A stretch of 64,000 bases of DNA from Chiloscyllium plagiosum. Lineage: Eukaryota. The notes beneath the pieces are model-generated. The model saw nothing but the letters and a program-made list of their open reading frames with translations, made no database searches and was not told the DNA's origin. Positions 62,058 through 64,000 of the stretch are shown piece after piece; positions within the stretch are counted from its first letter, which is position 1, and every line of letters starts with the position of its first letter. The position numbers and the translations under genes are program-made. The DNA lies in assembly GCF_004010195.1 (NCBI RefSeq), contig NC_057720.1, forward strand, positions 13,533,189 to 13,597,188, written 5' to 3'.

Positions 62058-62515
62058 GGGAGGCAACAGCCGTAGGTATTATGGCTGGACTGTTAATCCA
62101 GAGACCCAGGTAATATTCTGGGGATCGGGGTTTGCATCTTGCCATGGCATATGGTAGAATGTGAATTCAATAAAAATCTAGAATTGAGAGCCAAATGATG
62201 ACCATGATATCATTGTCAATTGGTGCAAAAACCCATTCTGAAGAAGGGCTTATGCCCGAAACGTCGATTCTCCTGTTCCTTGGATGCTGCCTGACCTGCT
62301 GCGCTTTTCCAGCAACACATTTTCAGCAAAAACCCATCTGGCACACTGTTCATGCCCTTTAGGGAAGGAAACTGCCATCCTTACCTGGTCTGGCCTACAT
62401 GTGACTCCAGACCCACAGCAATATAGCTGACTCTTAGCTTGCCTCTGGGCAATTAGGGATGGGCAGTACGTGCTGACCTAGCCAGTGACACCCTCATCCT
62501 GTGAACGACTGAAAA
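62058..62515 (+). mobile_element. tRNA-derived SINE carrying an 89-bp PLE hammerhead insertion
   Basis: Body and tail match 16790-17115 and the LINE tail at 57045-57110. Confidence 0.85.
62234..62270 (+). ncRNA. Minimal type-I hammerhead ribozyme motif, family A (intact core)
   Basis: CATT-CTGAAGA-A-GGGC(TTAT)GCCC-GAAA-CGTC-GATTC. Confidence 0.82.
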
Positions 62516-63771
62516 AATGCAGGCAATCAGCCCTGAAAGGTGACAGAAAATTGTTTTTGCAGATGTTAAAATACCAGAAATAGCTGTGGGTGTTTAAGAA
62601 TGCATGATCCCTGGGCCTATTGTATAAAAACACACAGATTTATATGCAAAGTTGGAATGTGCTACATTTCCTGTAAGTTAATCTCTTTCAAATGCTAAAT
62701 TGCAACATGCTTGATGTGCGCACATAACACCTGTTAAAAAGATCATTGTTCCTTCAAGCTTTTGATGGAAGAGGTGCCACTGTTTCTAATGACTTCTGTT
62801 AAGCAGACACTCCCATTGATCCCAGAACACCTGCCATCCATTTCCTAGCCTGTTGTAAATCCTGCTTGCTGTCATTCTCAAGCTCACTGATCTTCCACCA
62901 GTTCCCGTTCCTCAGTACACTGATCTTCTTTTCCACATCGATCTCTCCATGGTTCCATCCCAGGCTTGCCTACAGCACTATAACCCTGTTTCCAACCACT
63001 GTGCTTCATTGATTTTGACCACTGCCTGATACTTTCCCCTTAGCCTTTTGGACTTGATCCTTTCCAATTCATCTCCTTCACCCCTTCCCCACCAGGAATC
63101 ACCACCATCGTCGTCTTTATTATCATTGTCAACAGCAGTAATAATTTTGCATTCCCATTGTCTTGTACTTAACATAGACATTTTTCACAGCAGCATTAGT
63201 AAATTTAAAAAAAACTGGGGAGACTGAGAGAAGATCATTAAGAATTGAGAAGGTGGAAATGGTTGGGATGGTTTTTCTGAGGGGACGAGGGTGTTGCTGA
63301 TGGGAACTAAAAGCTCAATCAAAGCGATAAGTTTTAAGGAAAGCTTAGAATGAGGATAGACTACAAAAGAGGTTTCGCAGTATGGAATTTAGGCAGCATG
63401 GCAGCTCCTGCGGAGACTGGGTCGATAACGTTAATCAACTTATTCAGACTTGTAATGGGTTTTTAACCATCTAATTCAGAGGTAAAGACACTGCCACTTT
63501 GCCACAAAATCAACAGAACAAGGGTTCTGGAACTGGAGGTAGAGACAGGCGTTGCTATGGGTCTTCCTGGCCTTCTGGGATTCTCTTCCCCATACCCTTA
63601 GTTGTCTTTACTGATTGTGACCACTGCCTGATATTCTGCCCTCAGTCTTTTGGACTTTACCCCTTCCAATTCATCTCCTTACATTTCTGTCAAAAATCAC
63701 TTTAAATCTTTCCTTTTTGTGAACATTTTGTGACAGTGAAGGTAATAGTTAAGTGCAGGTTGCGTTACATT

Positions 63772-64000
63772 AAGAACATAAGAACTAGGAGCAGGTACAG
63801 ATAATTAAGCCCCTTCAGCCAGTTCCGCCATTTAATACGATCATGGCTAACCTCATCGTGGCCTCAACTCCACTTTCCTCCCCAATCTCCACAACCCTTT
63901 AACCCATTGTTAATTAAAAATCTGTCCATCACCTCCTTAAATTAGATTAGATTAGATTAGATTAGATTACTTACAATGTGGAAACAGGCCCTTCGGCCCA
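63772..64000 (-). mobile_element. CR1 3' fragment, followed by the (attag)n tail of another CR1 or V-SINE running off the window
   Basis: aagaacataagaactaggagcagg start; (attag)n at 63941-63968 then gtggaaacaggcccttcggccca. Confidence 0.8.

Overview
Eukaryotic genomic DNA, most likely from a shark or ray (inferred from abundant HE1-type V-SINEs, DeuSINE remnants, CR1 LINEs and Penelope-like elements). The only host gene seen is the 3' half of LMO4 on the + strand: two internal coding exons (2801-2897, 3732-3887) and a terminal exon (7495-~8280, 'VC*' plus 3' UTR). The 5' exons lie upstream of the window. Bases 1-9.7 kb are repeat-poor with a CpG-rich start. The remaining ~54 kb has no recognisable gene: it holds decayed, often nested CR1 LINEs, three SINE families and Penelope-like element (PLE) fragments, between unique AT-rich blocks that may be conserved enhancers. 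The main hidden signal is a set of about 20 minimal type-I hammerhead ribozyme (HHR) motifs (CUGANGA-stem II-GAAA-palindromic helix III-NUH) in at least four PLE families. These include a TSD-bounded non-coding 631-bp insertion with two tandem hammerheads 498 nt apart (retrozyme-like), an 89-bp hammerhead-only insertion, and fold-back insertions with 12-17 bp target-site duplications (TSDs). Several templated-copy or duplication scars are also visible. Repeat family names and boundaries come from manual reading and are approximate.
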